The position numbers and the translations under genes were made by a program. A stretch of DNA of 64,000 bases from Alphaproteobacteria bacterium (GTDB lineage Bacteria > Pseudomonadota > Alphaproteobacteria > MPNO01): positions 1,408,001 through 1,472,000 of the forward strand of contig CBDFLJ010000001.1 in the NCBI GenBank assembly GCA_965248835.1. Reading direction: 5' to 3'. A model generated the notes under the pieces. It ran no database searches. It saw only the letters and a list, made by a program, of their open reading frames with translations, and was not told the DNA's origin. Every line of letters starts with the position of its first letter. Within the stretch, counting starts at the first letter, position 1. Positions 9,744-21,126 of this stretch are shown piece after piece.

Positions 9744-10901
9744 ATGGACAATGGCGCGGACAGACCGCAAGAGCCGGAGGAAGCGACGCCGGTGGCCGCC
9801 GCCCGGACATCATTCGACGCAGCCGAAGTCGGCGCCCGCCTGCGCGAAGCGCGGCTTGCCCTTGGGTACGACGTGGTCGACGTCGCGAGCGAGCTGCGCA
9901 TCCGCCGCATCTATCTGCAAGCCATCGAGGAAGGCCGGCTGAGCGATCTGCCCGGGTCCGCCTATGTGACCGGTTTCCTGCGTGTCTATGGCGACTATCT
10001 GGGGCTCGACGGCCGCGAGATCATCGAATCGTACAAGGCGGCGGGCCGGCCCAGCACCGGCGAGACGGATCTGTCCCTGCCCTCGCCGGTCGAGGAAGGC
10101 CGGCTCCCCACCCGTCCGATCCTGCTGCTCGCCGCGTTGCTCGCCGTGGGGGCTTATGGCGTCTGGTACTACATGGCCAAAAGCGACCGCGACCCGGTCG
10201 AGAGTGTCGCGGCCCTGCCCGACCAGCTTATCGCACTGATCGAGGAGCCCACGGCCGCGGCGCCGCCGGAGACGGCCGAGGCGGACCGGGCCGCTCCAGA
10301 GCCGCCGGCCAACGACACGGCGACCGCGCCGACCAGTCAGCCGGTCGAAGATGTCCGGCCGCCGGCGCTCGAAGATCCTCCGGGCCAGGCCGAGGGCACT
10401 GTCACCGATCCCGTTGATGCCGACGCCGCCGCCGTTCCGGGGACGCCGACGCGCATGGAGACGGCCGCCGTTCAGCCGGAGACCGCCGCTGCGCCGCCGC
10501 CCATCCCTGTCGAGGCTGCCCCGGAGCCCGTCGAAACCGAAACGGCCGGCCGCTCGGCGACGGTCGCGCCCGAGGCCGACGGCGGGCTTTCGCCGCTCGG
10601 CGGCGGCGCCGCCGAGCAGGCCGAGACCCTGATCGCCGGCCGCATCGTTCTGCAGGCCAACACCGATATCTGGCTCGAAGTCGGGGCGGACGGTGCGGCG
10701 CCGGTCTATTCCGGCGTGCTGCGCCGGGGCGGCAGCTACCCTGTGCCCGCGCAGTCAGGGCTTACCCTGATGACCGGCGACGCCGGTGGCATCGACATCC
10801 TGGTCGACGGCCGGGCGATCCCCAAGCTCGGGCCTCGGGGTGCGGTCAAGCGCGATGTGGTGCTCGATGCCGACCGCCTGCTGGGGCTGGCGAGTCAGTA
10901 A
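9744..10901 (+). CDS. rodZ: RodZ-like cytoskeletal protein (HTH, TM, Pro/Ala linker, DUF4115)
   Basis: GARLREAR..LRIRRIYLQAIEEG..LPGSAYVTGFLRVY, one TM helix and C-terminal TGDAGG..VDG..LGPRG. Confidence 0.88.
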   Translation: MDNGADRPQEPEEATPVAAARTSFDAAEVGARLREARLALGYDVVDVASELRIRRIYLQAIEEGRLSDLPGSAYVTGFLRVYGDYLGLDGREIIESYKAAGRPSTGETDLSLPSPVEEGRLPTRPILLLAALLAVGAYGVWYYMAKSDRDPVESVAALPDQLIALIEEPTAAAPPETAEADRAAPEPPANDTATAPTSQPVEDVRPPALEDPPGQAEGTVTDPVDADAAAVPGTPTRMETAAVQPETAAAPPPIPVEAAPEPVETETAGRSATVAPEADGGLSPLGGGAAEQAETLIAGRIVLQANTDIWLEVGADGAAPVYSGVLRRGGSYPVPAQSGLTLMTGDAGGIDILVDGRAIPKLGPRGAVKRDVVLDADRLLGLASQ

Positions 10902-11037
10902 AGCCTTCGCCCGAGCGCGTTTTTGCACGGCGGCGAATTGCGCTATAACCCGCCGATGGCGGCGAGAATCGGCTTATTGATCCACCGCGCCGGGTTGCGG
11001 TATCGCGCTGCCGAGCCCGGCCGGCGAGCACCCTGAC

Positions 11038-12282
11038 GTGGCGAAGCTCCAGCCCGTGCGGGGAACGCACGACCTGCTGCCCGATCAGGCGCGCGGGTTC
11101 CGCCGAATCGTCGAGGCCGCGCGGCAGGTCGCCGGACGCTACGGCTATCACGAGATCGCGACGCCGGTCTTCGAGTTCTCCGAGGTCTTCAAGCGCACCC
11201 TTGGCGAGACCTCCGACATCGTTGCCAAGGAGATGTACACCTTCACCGACCGCGGCGGCGAGGAGCTCACCCTGCGCCCCGAGGCCACCGCCGGCATCGC
11301 CCGGGCGCTGATCTCCAACGGCCTGTCGCAGCACCTGCCGCTCAAATACTTCTGTGCCGGGCCGATGTTCCGCTATGAGCGGCCGCAAAAGGGCAGGCTC
11401 CGCCAGTTCCACCAGATCGATATCGAGCTGCTAGGCGTTGCCGAGCCGATCGCCGACATCGAGGTGATTGCGCTCGGCGCCGCGGTGCTCGATGCGCTCG
11501 GCGTCCGCGCCCGGACGACGCTGGAGCTCAACACGCTGGGCAATGCCGCCAGCCGGGCCGCCTATCGCACGGTCCTGGTCGACTACCTCCAGGCCCATCG
11601 CGCCGCGCTGTCCGAGGACAGCCTCGCGCGGCTCGACCGCAACCCCTTGCGGATCCTCGATTCCAAGGATGCCGGCGACCGCGAGGTCGTCGTCGGCGCG
11701 CCTTCGTTCGCCGACAGTCTGGATGGGGAATCGACGGATTTCTTCGCCACCGTGCGCGACGGGCTGGTCAGGCTCGGCATCGACCATGAGGTCAACCGTC
11801 GGCTGGTCCGCGGGCTCGACTATTATTGCCATACCGCCTTCGAGTTCACCACCGAGGCGCTGGGCGCGCAGGGTGCCGTCATTGCCGGCGGACGCTATGA
11901 CGGGCTGGTCGGAATGATGGGCGGACCACAGACTCCGGGTATCGGCTGGGCCGGCGGCATCGAGAGGCTTTCGATGCTGAGCGGCGAGCCGGAACCGCCG
12001 CCGCGGCCGATCGCGCTGGTCCCGGTCGGCGCCGCCGCCGAGGCCGCGACGCTGACGCTTGCCCAAAGCCTGCGCGGCGCCGGCTTTACCGTCGAGCTCG
12101 GCTATCGCGGCAACCTCAAGCGCCGCTTGGCGCGTGCCGACCGCCTCAACGCCCGGGCAGCGGTCATCCTGGGCGAGGACGAGCTCGCCGGCGGGACCGC
12201 CACGCTGCGCGATCTGGATAGCGGCGAGCAGACCGCGGTGCCCCTGTCCGAGCTTGCCGCCCACCTGGCGCGGTTTGCATGA
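11038..12282 (+). CDS. hisS: Histidine--tRNA ligase
   Basis: QPVRGTHD, LRPEATAG, FRYERPQKGRLRQFHQ, LVRGLDYY and GGRYDGL. Confidence 0.97.
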   Translation: MAKLQPVRGTHDLLPDQARGFRRIVEAARQVAGRYGYHEIATPVFEFSEVFKRTLGETSDIVAKEMYTFTDRGGEELTLRPEATAGIARALISNGLSQHLPLKYFCAGPMFRYERPQKGRLRQFHQIDIELLGVAEPIADIEVIALGAAVLDALGVRARTTLELNTLGNAASRAAYRTVLVDYLQAHRAALSEDSLARLDRNPLRILDSKDAGDREVVVGAPSFADSLDGESTDFFATVRDGLVRLGIDHEVNRRLVRGLDYYCHTAFEFTTEALGAQGAVIAGGRYDGLVGMMGGPQTPGIGWAGGIERLSMLSGEPEPPPRPIALVPVGAAAEAATLTLAQSLRGAGFTVELGYRGNLKRRLARADRLNARAAVILGEDELAGGTATLRDLDSGEQTAVPLSELAAHLARFA

Positions 12283-12289
12283 CCGGGCG

Positions 12290-13576
12290 ATGGGCCGGCC
12301 CGGGCAAAAACCGAATTTCCTCGTCGTCGGCGCGAACCACCGTTCCAGCGCCGCGACGACCCGCGACCGGTTGCTGGTCGAGGACGAGGCCCAGCCCGCT
12401 TTCCTCGAACGGCTCCGCCGGGCCGGTGTGGACCAGGCGGTGCTGCTGTCGACATGTGCCCGCACGGAGGTGCAGGCGGTTCAATCCGATACGGCTGCCG
12501 CGGTCGCGGCGATCTCGACCCTTTTCGCCGAACGGGCGGGTATGGAGGTCGAGGAGATCGCGGCCGAGCTTTACGTCAAGCGGGACGCCGAGGCGGTGCG
12601 CCATGTCTTCCGCGTTGCCGCGGCGCTGGACAGCCCGGTGATCGGCGAGCCCCAGGTTACCGGACAGGTCCGCGAAGGCCATCGCCGCGCGCGTGCGGCC
12701 GGGATGGTCGGAGCCGATCTCGAAGCACTGCTGAACGCGGCCTACGCTACGGCCAGACGGGTGCGGTCCGAGACGACGATCGGCCAGCGGCCGGTCTCGA
12801 TGGCCGCCGCGGCGCGCCGCCTCGCCCGCGACGTCCACGGCGACCTGACCGGCTGCACCGCGCTCATGCTGATCGGCGGTGACATGGGCGAGTTCGTCGC
12901 CGAGCACATCCTGGCCTCGGGGTTGCGCGGAATCGTCATGGCCGCTCGGGTGGCCGCGCGCGCGGAGGCCGCCGCACGGCGGCACGGATGCCACCATGCG
13001 CCGATCGAGACACTCCAGGATCTGCTGGCGGAGTCCGATATCGTGGTCAGCGCGCTCGGCACCGGACGACACGCGATCACCGCTTCGATGGTGCGCGCGG
13101 CCCTGCGCGCCCGCCGGCGCAAGCCGATCCTGCTGATCGATGCGGCCATCCCCGGCGACGTCGCCGCCGAGGTGGACGATCTCGACGATGCGTTCGTCTA
13201 TGATTTGGCGGATCTGGAGCGCATCGCCGAACAGGGCGTGGCGGGCCGGGAGGAGGCCGCGCACCAGGCCGAGGCGGTCCTCGACGAGGAGGTGGGCCGT
13301 TACCTCCGCACCCTGGTGGTGCGCGATCCGGGCCCGGCGATCGCGGCGCTGCGGGCCCACTTCGAGGCGGTACGCGGTGATGTGCTGGCCGCGCACGGCG
13401 GGGAGGATGTGGCGCTGGTCACCCGGCGCCTGGTAAACCGCCTGCTCGATACACCCTCACGCGCGCTTGGCGCGCTCGCCGCCGAGGACGATCCGGCGCG
13501 GCCCGATCTCGAAGCTGCGCTCGCTGCGCTGTTCGCGATCGAGTCGACCGATCGCGGCCCGGATGAGGATCGGTAG
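12290..13576 (+). CDS. hemA: Glutamyl-tRNA reductase (divergent)
   Basis: [15 protein letters not shown] (canonical STCNR), [28 protein letters not shown] and IDAAIPGD. Directly upstream of prfA-prmC. Confidence 0.85.
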   Translation: MGRPGQKPNFLVVGANHRSSAATTRDRLLVEDEAQPAFLERLRRAGVDQAVLLSTCARTEVQAVQSDTAAAVAAISTLFAERAGMEVEEIAAELYVKRDAEAVRHVFRVAAALDSPVIGEPQVTGQVREGHRRARAAGMVGADLEALLNAAYATARRVRSETTIGQRPVSMAAAARRLARDVHGDLTGCTALMLIGGDMGEFVAEHILASGLRGIVMAARVAARAEAAARRHGCHHAPIETLQDLLAESDIVVSALGTGRHAITASMVRAALRARRRKPILLIDAAIPGDVAAEVDDLDDAFVYDLADLERIAEQGVAGREEAAHQAEAVLDEEVGRYLRTLVVRDPGPAIAALRAHFEAVRGDVLAAHGGEDVALVTRRLVNRLLDTPSRALGALAAEDDPARPDLEAALAALFAIESTDRGPDEDR

Positions 13577-13578
13577 GC

Positions 13579-14649
13579 ATGGACGAGAAGCTCGAACTTC
13601 TGCTCGCCCGCCATGAGGAGCTGGCGGCCACGCTCGCCGGCTCGGAGCTTCGCGACAGCCAGGAATTCGTTCGGGTATCGAAAGAATATGCCGAGCTCAA
13701 CCCTGTGGTCGATGCCATCAAGGCGCTGCGGGCCGCCCGGCGGGAAGCGCACGGACTGGAAGAAATCATCGCCGAGGAGATCTCGGATTCCGACATGCGC
13801 GAGCTCGCGCAGGCAGAGCTGTCCGAGGTCAGACGCGCCATCGGCGAGCACGAGCAGGCCTTGAAGTGGCTGCTCCTGCCGAAGGACGCTGCCGATGACG
13901 GGAACGCTATCCTCGAGATCCGGGCGGGCACCGGTGGCGAGGAGGCGGCGCTGTTCGCGGCCAATCTGTACCGCATGTATCAGCGTTACGCCGAACTGCA
14001 CAACTGGCGCATGGAGCTGATCCAGGCCACCGAGACCGGGATCGGCGGCTTCAAGGAGGCCATCGCGGAGATCTCGGGCAGCGGCGTGTTCGCGCGGCTG
14101 AAGTTTGAATCGGGTGTCCATCGCGTCCAGCGGGTCCCGGAGACCGAGTCCAGCGGGCGGATTCACACCTCGGCGGCGACGGTCGCGGTCCTGCCGGAGC
14201 CGGAGGATGTCGACATCCAGATCGATGAGCGCGATCTGCGGATCGACGTTTTCCGCTCTTCCGGACCCGGCGGGCAGTCGGTCAACACCACCGACAGCGC
14301 GGTTCGGATCACCCATGTCCCGACCGGGATCGTGGTCTCGCAGCAGGACGAGAAATCCCAGCACAAGAACCGTGCGAAGGCGATGAAGGTGCTGCGCGCG
14401 CGGCTCTATCAGGCGGAGCGCGCCGCCCGCGATGCCGAACGCGCTGCGGCGAGGCGCTCCCAGGTCGGCTCCGGCGACCGGTCGGAGCGTATCCGCACCT
14501 ACAACTATCCGCAGGGCCGGGTGACCGACCATCGGATCAACCTGACGCTGCACAAGCTCGACCGGGTCCTTGCCGGGGAGTCGCTGGACGAGATCATCGA
14601 TGCGCTGAGCGCCGACGACCAGGCGGCACGGCTGGCGGAAGTCTCTTGA
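13579..14649 (+). CDS. prfA: Peptide chain release factor 1
   Basis: [19 protein letters not shown] (RF1-type PxT), GGQ motif and [11 protein letters not shown]. Confidence 0.98.
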   Translation: MDEKLELLLARHEELAATLAGSELRDSQEFVRVSKEYAELNPVVDAIKALRAARREAHGLEEIIAEEISDSDMRELAQAELSEVRRAIGEHEQALKWLLLPKDAADDGNAILEIRAGTGGEEAALFAANLYRMYQRYAELHNWRMELIQATETGIGGFKEAIAEISGSGVFARLKFESGVHRVQRVPETESSGRIHTSAATVAVLPEPEDVDIQIDERDLRIDVFRSSGPGGQSVNTTDSAVRITHVPTGIVVSQQDEKSQHKNRAKAMKVLRARLYQAERAARDAERAAARRSQVGSGDRSERIRTYNYPQGRVTDHRINLTLHKLDRVLAGESLDEIIDALSADDQAARLAEVS

Positions 14650-15521
14650 TCGCGGCCTCGACCGCGATGAGCCAGGCGGCACGCCGCCTGCGGGCGGCCG
14701 GTGTCGAACGCGCCGAGGCCGATGCGCGGCTGCTGCTGTGCGCGAGCCTCGGCATTGGCCGTGCCGGGCTGATCGCCGCCCCCGAGCGCTGCCTCGATGA
14801 CGACCAGGCGGCGGTCTACCGCGCGCGAATCGATCGGCGTTGCGGGCGCGAGCCGGTGTCGCGCATCCTCGGCGCGCGCGAGTTCTGGAGCCTCGATTTC
14901 GCGCTCAACCCGGCGACGCTGGATCCGCGGCCCGACAGCGAGACGCTCATCGAGGCGGTGCTGGCCTGGCAGCCCGACCGGGCCGCCGCGTTGCGGATCC
15001 TCGATCTCGGGACCGGCTCGGGATGTCTGCTGTGCGCCCTGTTGAGTGAGTTTCCGGCCGCCGCCGGCGTCGGGACGGACCGCGCCGCCGGCGCGGTCGG
15101 GATGGCGCGCGTGAACGCGGCCGCGCTGGGGCTTGCGGACCGTGCGCGGTTCGTCTGCACCAATTGGGAGGACGCGGTCGCGGCGGGCCGGTTCGACCTG
15201 ATCGTCGCCAACCCGCCCTATATCCCGCGCGCCGCGATTGACGGGCTGGCCCCGGAAGTTGCATTGTTCGATCCGCGCGCGGCCCTGGACGGCGGCGTGG
15301 ACGGGCTTGATGCCTACGGCGCCTTGGCGCCGCGGATGCATCGGAGGCTCGCGCGCGGAGGCGCGGCCTTCGTCGAGATCGCCCAGGGCCAGGCCGGTCC
15401 GGTGGGTGCGGTCATGGCCGCTTGCGGCCTGGAGCGATTCGTCGAAATGGCCGACCTGGGCGGTATAGTGCGCTGCCTGGGGCTGTGCAAAGCCGATGCG
15501 TCAACCCTCGGTAAAAAATAA
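14646..15521 (+). CDS. prmC: Release factor glutamine methyltransferase
   Basis: [32 protein letters not shown] and ALDGG.DGL. Confidence 0.96.
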   Translation: MIAASTAMSQAARRLRAAGVERAEADARLLLCASLGIGRAGLIAAPERCLDDDQAAVYRARIDRRCGREPVSRILGAREFWSLDFALNPATLDPRPDSETLIEAVLAWQPDRAAALRILDLGTGSGCLLCALLSEFPAAAGVGTDRAAGAVGMARVNAAALGLADRARFVCTNWEDAVAAGRFDLIVANPPYIPRAAIDGLAPEVALFDPRAALDGGVDGLDAYGALAPRMHRRLARGGAAFVEIAQGQAGPVGAVMAACGLERFVEMADLGGIVRCLGLCKADASTLGKK

Positions 15522-15715
15522 AGGTTGGAAAGCATCGGATGCGTGGTTAGGTTTGAAGCCGGCAAGGCAGCGGGCAGCGGGCCCAGGACTGCCGGCCCGT
15601 GAAGCACCCTTTTGAGATGCCAACCTACGGGTAGCGGCAAGCGCCCGGAGCCAGGACATTTTGGGGCACCGGCGGTGGGAAAGGGCTTCGTAACTTGAAC
15701 AGAAAAGTGGAACCT

Positions 15716-16168
15716 ATGAGACAAGGATCCAACCCAAAGCGTCTTCGCGGGCGGACCGGCCGGAAGAATCCACATTCGAGGTCGCAGACCTTCGAGAGCA
15801 ACGGCCCGGAGGTGAAGGTCCGGGGCAACGCCCAGCAGGTCGTCGAGAAGTACCTGGCCCTGGCACGCGACGCGACCTCGGCAGGCGATCGGATTACCGC
15901 GGAAAGCTATTTCCAGCATGCCGAGCATTACTACCGGGTCATGACCGCCAACGGCGAGTTCGAGGATCGCAACGCCCAGAACGGCCGCCCGCAGGGAGAT
16001 CTGGACATCCGCGCCGAAGGCGACGCCGACGAGGCGCCGACGATCGAGGTCATCACCAATGGCGGCGCGCATGCGGAGATCCCCGAGGCGAGCGGGAACG
16101 GCGCCAACGGCGCATCGGCGAGTCCGACGCAGGAAGAACCGGCCCAGGATCCGCAGCCGCAGGATTGA
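15716..16168 (+). CDS. DUF4167 domain protein
   Basis: FESNGPEVKVRGNAQQVVEKYLALARDA...ESYFQHAEHYYR. Typical prmC-DUF4167-clpB context. Confidence 0.92.
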   Translation: MRQGSNPKRLRGRTGRKNPHSRSQTFESNGPEVKVRGNAQQVVEKYLALARDATSAGDRITAESYFQHAEHYYRVMTANGEFEDRNAQNGRPQGDLDIRAEGDADEAPTIEVITNGGAHAEIPEASGNGANGASASPTQEEPAQDPQPQD

Positions 16169-16222
16169 CCTGACCGGCGGCGGCCAGGACAGCCATACCC
16201 CAAAACTCCGAGATTATATGGC

Positions 16223-16252
16223 CTTGCGGGTCTCCTGCTTGGCATCCATATA
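16223..16252 (+). promoter_or_regulatory. Possible RpoH (sigma-32) promoter of clpB
   Basis: CTTG at 16223 and CCATATA at 16246, upstream of a heat-shock gene. Spacing is slightly longer than the alphaproteobacterial consensus. Confidence 0.3.
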
Positions 16253-16343
16253 GGATTCGGACGCCTGATCCAGGGTCCGGATAGCACGCCCGCCTGTTGC
16301 AGGGGGCATCAAGTTGCAATGTCTGTGAGCGGAGTTGCACGGC

Positions 16344-18938
16344 ATGGATTTCGACAGCTACACCGAGCGCGCCCGCGGCGTGGTCCAGTCGGCCCAGACC
16401 CAGGCGATGGGCCGCGGCCATCAGCGCTTCACCCCTGAACACATCTTGAAGGTCCTGCTCGAGGACCGCGAGGGCCTTGCGTCCGGCCTCGTCCGCAACG
16501 CCGGCGGCGATCCCGCCGAGGTGCTGCGGCGCACCGAGGCTGTGCTCGACGGGCTGCCGCGGGTCGAAGGCGGCAATGGACAGCTCTACCTGGCGCCCGA
16601 GACCGCGCGGGTCTTCGAGGCCGCCCGGGACGCCGGCAGGAAGGCCGGCGACCGCTTCGTGACCGTCGAGCGGCTGCTGCTTGCGCTCGCGCTGTCGAGC
16701 GAGACGCAGGCCGGCCGGATCCTCAAGGAATGCGGCCTCACGCCGCAGGCGCTGAATGGCGCGATCGAGGCCCTGCGCAAGGGCCGGACCGCCGACACCG
16801 CCGGCGCGGAGCAGGCCTATGACGCGCTCAAGCGCTACGCGACCGACCTGACCGGGCAGGCCGAGACCGGCAAGCTCGATCCGGTGATCGGGCGCGACGA
16901 GGAGATCCGCCGCACCATCCAGGTGCTGGCCCGCCGGACCAAGAATAATCCCGTCCTGATCGGTGAGCCCGGCGTCGGCAAGACCGCCATCGTCGAGGGT
17001 CTGGCCCAGCGGATCGTCAAGGGCGACGTGCCCGAATCGCTGCGCAACAAGCGGCTGATGGCGCTCGACCTCGGTGCGGTCGTTGCCGGCGCCAAGTACC
17101 GCGGCGAGTTCGAAGAGCGGCTCAAGGCCGTGCTCGAGGAGATTCGCGCCGCTGAGGGCGAAGTGTTGGTTTTCATCGACGAGCTCCACACGCTGGTCGG
17201 CGCCGGCGCCGCCGAAGGGGCGATGGATGCATCCAACATGCTCAAGCCCATGCTGGCGCGTGGCGAGCTTCATTGCATCGGCGCAACGACGCTGGACGAA
17301 TACCGCAAGCACATCGAGAAGGACGCCGCGCTCGCCCGGCGGTTCCAGCCGGTGTTCGTCGCCGAGCCGAACGTTGCCGATACGATCTCGATCCTGCGCG
17401 GGCTCAAGGAGAAGTACGAGCTGCACCACGGCATCCGGATCGCCGACGGGGCGATCGTTGCCGCGGCCACGCTGTCGAGCCGCTATATCGCCGACCGGTT
17501 TCTGCCTGACAAGGCGATCGACCTGGTCGATGAGGCGTCCTCACGGTTGAGGATGAGCATCGATTCCAAGCCGGAGGAGATCGACGAGCTCGACCGGCGG
17601 ATCATCCAGCTCAAGATCGAGCGCGAGGCGCTTGGCAAGGAGAGCGATCCGGCCTCGCGCGAACGGCTCGAAAAGCTGGAGAGCGAGCTTGCCGATTTCG
17701 AGCAGAAATCGATCGAGTTGACCGCCGTCTGGCAGGCGGAGAAGGACAAGATCGCCGACAGTCACAAGGTCCAGGAGCGGCTCGACCAGGCACGTATCGA
17801 GCTCGAGCAGGCTCAGCGCTCCGGCGACCTTGCGCGCGCCGGCGAGCTGGCTTATGGCCTGATCCCCGAACTCGAGTGCAAGCTCGCCACCGACGGCAAC
17901 GGCCAGGACGGCCGCCGGATGCTCAACGAGCAGGTGAGCGAGGCCGACATCGCCGCCGTGGTCTCGCGTTGGACCGGCATCCCGACGGACAAGATGCTGG
18001 AGGGCGAGCGCGACCGGCTGCTCGGCATGGAGGGTGCGCTGTCGGCCCGTGTGGTCGGCCAGGACGAGGCGGTCGGCACCATCGCCAATGCGGTCCGGCG
18101 CGCCCGTGCCGGGCTCCAGGACCCCAACCGGCCGCTGGGATCGTTCATGTTCCTCGGGCCGACCGGCGTCGGCAAGACGGAGCTCACCAAGGCTCTTGCG
18201 GCTTTCCTGTTCGACGACGAGGCGGCGCTGATTCGCATCGACATGTCGGAGTACATGGAAAAGCATGCCGTCGCCCGGCTGATCGGCGCGCCGCCCGGCT
18301 ATGTCGGCTATGAAGAGGGCGGCAGCCTGACCGAGGCGGTCCGTCGCCGGCCTTATCAGGTGATCCTGTTCGACGAGGTCGAGAAGGCCCACCCGGACGT
18401 TTTCAACATCCTGCTCCAGGTGCTCGACGACGGAAGGCTGACCGACGGCCACGGCCGCCATGTCGATTTCCGCAACACGCTGATCGTGCTGACCTCGAAC
18501 CTCGGCAGCGAAGCCCTGGCCGCCCAGACCGAGGGCGAGGACGTCGAGGCGGCGCGCGCAGGCATCATGGACGCGGTGCGCGCCGCGTTCCGCCCGGAGT
18601 TCCTCAACCGGCTCGACGAGATCCTGCTGTTCCGCCGGCTCGACCGCGGGCACATGGAGGCGATCGTCGATATCCAGCTCGACCGCCTCGCTTGCTTGCT
18701 GGAGGACCGCTCGGTGAGGTTGGCCGTCGATGAGGCCGCCAAGGCCTGGCTCGCCGAGGAGGGGTACGATCCGGCCTATGGCGCCCGTCCGCTCAAGCGC
18801 GTCATCCAGCGGAGCCTGCAAAACCCGCTCGCGACCCTGATCCTCGAGGGCAGGATCCGCGACGGCGAGACGGTACGCATCGCCCGCGGTGCGGCGGGGC
18901 TGACCTTCAACGGCGAAGCGATCGCGCGCGCGGCCTGA
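16344..18938 (+). CDS. clpB: ATP-dependent chaperone ClpB
   Basis: Two AAA+ modules ([16 protein letters not shown]), coiled-coil middle domain and [13 protein letters not shown]. Confidence 0.98.
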   Translation: MDFDSYTERARGVVQSAQTQAMGRGHQRFTPEHILKVLLEDREGLASGLVRNAGGDPAEVLRRTEAVLDGLPRVEGGNGQLYLAPETARVFEAARDAGRKAGDRFVTVERLLLALALSSETQAGRILKECGLTPQALNGAIEALRKGRTADTAGAEQAYDALKRYATDLTGQAETGKLDPVIGRDEEIRRTIQVLARRTKNNPVLIGEPGVGKTAIVEGLAQRIVKGDVPESLRNKRLMALDLGAVVAGAKYRGEFEERLKAVLEEIRAAEGEVLVFIDELHTLVGAGAAEGAMDASNMLKPMLARGELHCIGATTLDEYRKHIEKDAALARRFQPVFVAEPNVADTISILRGLKEKYELHHGIRIADGAIVAAATLSSRYIADRFLPDKAIDLVDEASSRLRMSIDSKPEEIDELDRRIIQLKIEREALGKESDPASRERLEKLESELADFEQKSIELTAVWQAEKDKIADSHKVQERLDQARIELEQAQRSGDLARAGELAYGLIPELECKLATDGNGQDGRRMLNEQVSEADIAAVVSRWTGIPTDKMLEGERDRLLGMEGALSARVVGQDEAVGTIANAVRRARAGLQDPNRPLGSFMFLGPTGVGKTELTKALAAFLFDDEAALIRIDMSEYMEKHAVARLIGAPPGYVGYEEGGSLTEAVRRRPYQVILFDEVEKAHPDVFNILLQVLDDGRLTDGHGRHVDFRNTLIVLTSNLGSEALAAQTEGEDVEAARAGIMDAVRAAFRPEFLNRLDEILLFRRLDRGHMEAIVDIQLDRLACLLEDRSVRLAVDEAAKAWLAEEGYDPAYGARPLKRVIQRSLQNPLATLILEGRIRDGETVRIARGAAGLTFNGEAIARAA

Positions 18939-18939
18939 A

Positions 18940-18956
18940 GACGGGCGCAGCCCGTC
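18940..18956 (+). terminator. Short hairpin after clpB (possible terminator)
   Basis: GACGGGC-gca-GCCCGTC right after the stop codon, with a weak T tail. Confidence 0.35.
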
Positions 18957-19041
18957 GGCTTGACGCCGCCGGCCCCGCTTCCCGATACTCGGCCACCGGC
19001 GGGCCGCCGTCCGGCGGGCCAGGCAAAAGACCGGGGGATGT

Positions 19042-21114
19042 GTGTTTCGGTCCGTCGAAGGGCTGTTTCGCCCGCGATCGGTGGCGATCGTCGGGGCTTC
19101 GGAGTCCGGCGGCGGCGGATGGGCTCGGGCGATTTACGAAAACGCCGCGCAGGCGGGGTTCCCGATCCCGGTCTATCTGATCAATCCGCGGCGCCAATCC
19201 TTGTGGTCGCAGCCGGTCTACCCGTCGTTTGCGAGCCTTCCCGAACCGGTCGATCTCGCGCTCACGATCATCCCGGCCGAAGGCGTGGTCGACAGCCTGG
19301 CCGAGGGCTTGGCCAACGGGCTGAAGGCGGGGCTGGTCTATGCCGCACGGTTCGGCGAGGGCGGCGACGAGCCGGGCGCGGCGCGGGCGCGCGGCCTGCG
19401 CGCGCTGTGCGACCGGGGTCTGCGGGTCTGCGGCCCCAACTGCATGGGCTCGATCTCGCTGCCCGAGAACCTGCTGTTCTATCCGGCGAGCCGGGTCCGC
19501 GGCCTGCCGCGGGGCGGTGTCGGGGTGATCTTCCAGTCCGGCGGCACCTTCCAGTACTGGCTGCAGCAGGCTGCGGTGCGCGGGCTGGGCTTCTCCTATG
19601 CGATCTCCTCGGGCAACGAGCTCGATCTCGATGTCGCCGACTACCTGTCCTTCATGGTCGAGGATCCCGGGACACGGGTGATCGCCTGCATGCTCGAGGG
19701 AATCCGCCGGCCCGAGCCGTTCAAGGCCGCCGCTGCCAAGGCGCTTGCGGCGGGCAAGCCGGTCGTCGTGGTCAAGGCGGGTGCCAGCGCGGCCGGCCGC
19801 CGGGCGGGCGAGAGCCACACCGGCGCGATCGCCGGCGACGACGAAATCTTCAACGCAGTCTGCGACCGTTACGGGATCGTTCGCTGCCACGGCCTCGACG
19901 ACATGATCGAGGCCGCGCTGATCTTTTCGAAATGCGCGCTTCCCGCGGGCCGGCGCGTGGCGATGGCCGGCTTCTCGGGCGGTGCGAAGGGGCTGTTCCT
20001 CGACTACGCGGCGGCGGCCGGGCTCGCGCTCGCGGAATTCTCGCCAGCGACCAACGCCGCGCTGCAGCCGTTGCTCGATCCTGGGCTCAAGCCGACCAAT
20101 CCGCTGGACACCGGCGCCGGGCTCGCCCGCCAGCCCGGGAAGTTCGCCGAGATCTGCCGGCTGATCGCGGCTGATCCCAACGTCGATGTTCTGTCGATGC
20201 AGGGGCAGCTCCCGGCCTCCGAGCATGACGACGCAAACCCGGAGACGTTCTCCCGCGTTGCCGCGGTAGGCACGCCGGTGATCGCCCATGTCCGGATGGG
20301 CCAGAATGTCGGCGCGGCCGGGCGGGCCTTCCAGGAGGAAGCGGGCATCCCGTTCATACAGGGCCTGCCCGAGACGGTGCGCGCGCTGAAGGCGCTGACC
20401 TTCTATGCGGCGCGGCGTCGGCAGGGGCTGCCCGAAGCGGCGGGGCTCGGCCCGATCGACGACGACATCGCCGCCGCGCTTGCGGCCGCCGGATTGCCCG
20501 CCCCCAAGGGCGCGCTGGCCGCCGATCCGGCCGAAGCCGCGCATCACGCGGCCGAGATCGGCTTTCCGGTCGCGCTCAAAATCGTCTCGCCCGCCGCCAG
20601 CCACAAGACGGAGATCGGCGGCGTTGCGCTCGGCCTCGCCGACGGCGAGGCGGTGGTCCGGGCCGCACGGAACATCGCCGCCCGGCTCGAGCAAGCCGCG
20701 CCGGGTGCGCCGCTGGACGGGTTCCTCGTCCAGCAGATGGTCGCCGGGCTGGAGATTCTGGTCGGGGTCCGCGAGGACCCGCAGTTCGGGCCGTTCATCG
20801 TTGCCGGGCTCGGCGGCGTTGCGGTCGAGGTGCTGGGTGATCTCGCCTTCCGGCTGCTGCCGATCGATGAACACGAGGCGCGCGCGATGCTGTCCTCGCT
20901 GCGCAGCGCGGCGCTGCTGGAGGCGTTCCGCGGCCGGCCGGCGCGCGACGTCGATGCCCTGGTCCGCGCGATGGTGGGATTGTCCGAGCTGTTCCTGGCC
21001 GCGGATCGGCGGTATTCGGACCTCGAGATCAACCCGCTGATGGTGTTGGCGCGCGGCGAGGGCGTGCGCGCGGTCGATATCCGGGCGATCGAACGCGAGA
21101 AGCGGCAATCCTGA
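19042..21114 (+). CDS. NDP-forming acyl-CoA synthetase (acetate--CoA ligase family, fused alpha-beta)
   Basis: PRSVAIVGAS, GPNCMG, SSGNELD, phospho-His motif SHTGAIAG, NPLD, ATP-grasp HKTEIGGV and DLEINPL. Confidence 0.9.
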   Translation: MFRSVEGLFRPRSVAIVGASESGGGGWARAIYENAAQAGFPIPVYLINPRRQSLWSQPVYPSFASLPEPVDLALTIIPAEGVVDSLAEGLANGLKAGLVYAARFGEGGDEPGAARARGLRALCDRGLRVCGPNCMGSISLPENLLFYPASRVRGLPRGGVGVIFQSGGTFQYWLQQAAVRGLGFSYAISSGNELDLDVADYLSFMVEDPGTRVIACMLEGIRRPEPFKAAAAKALAAGKPVVVVKAGASAAGRRAGESHTGAIAGDDEIFNAVCDRYGIVRCHGLDDMIEAALIFSKCALPAGRRVAMAGFSGGAKGLFLDYAAAAGLALAEFSPATNAALQPLLDPGLKPTNPLDTGAGLARQPGKFAEICRLIAADPNVDVLSMQGQLPASEHDDANPETFSRVAAVGTPVIAHVRMGQNVGAAGRAFQEEAGIPFIQGLPETVRALKALTFYAARRRQGLPEAAGLGPIDDDIAAALAAAGLPAPKGALAADPAEAAHHAAEIGFPVALKIVSPAASHKTEIGGVALGLADGEAVVRAARNIAARLEQAAPGAPLDGFLVQQMVAGLEILVGVREDPQFGPFIVAGLGGVAVEVLGDLAFRLLPIDEHEARAMLSSLRSAALLEAFRGRPARDVDALVRAMVGLSELFLAADRRYSDLEINPLMVLARGEGVRAVDIRAIEREKRQS

Positions 21115-21126
21115 AGGAGGCGGTTC

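Noticed and set aside
15522-15715. Possible ncRNA or structured leader upstream of DUF4167
   Set aside because: No recognisable RNA family or convincing structure by eye. It would need an Infernal/Rfam search.
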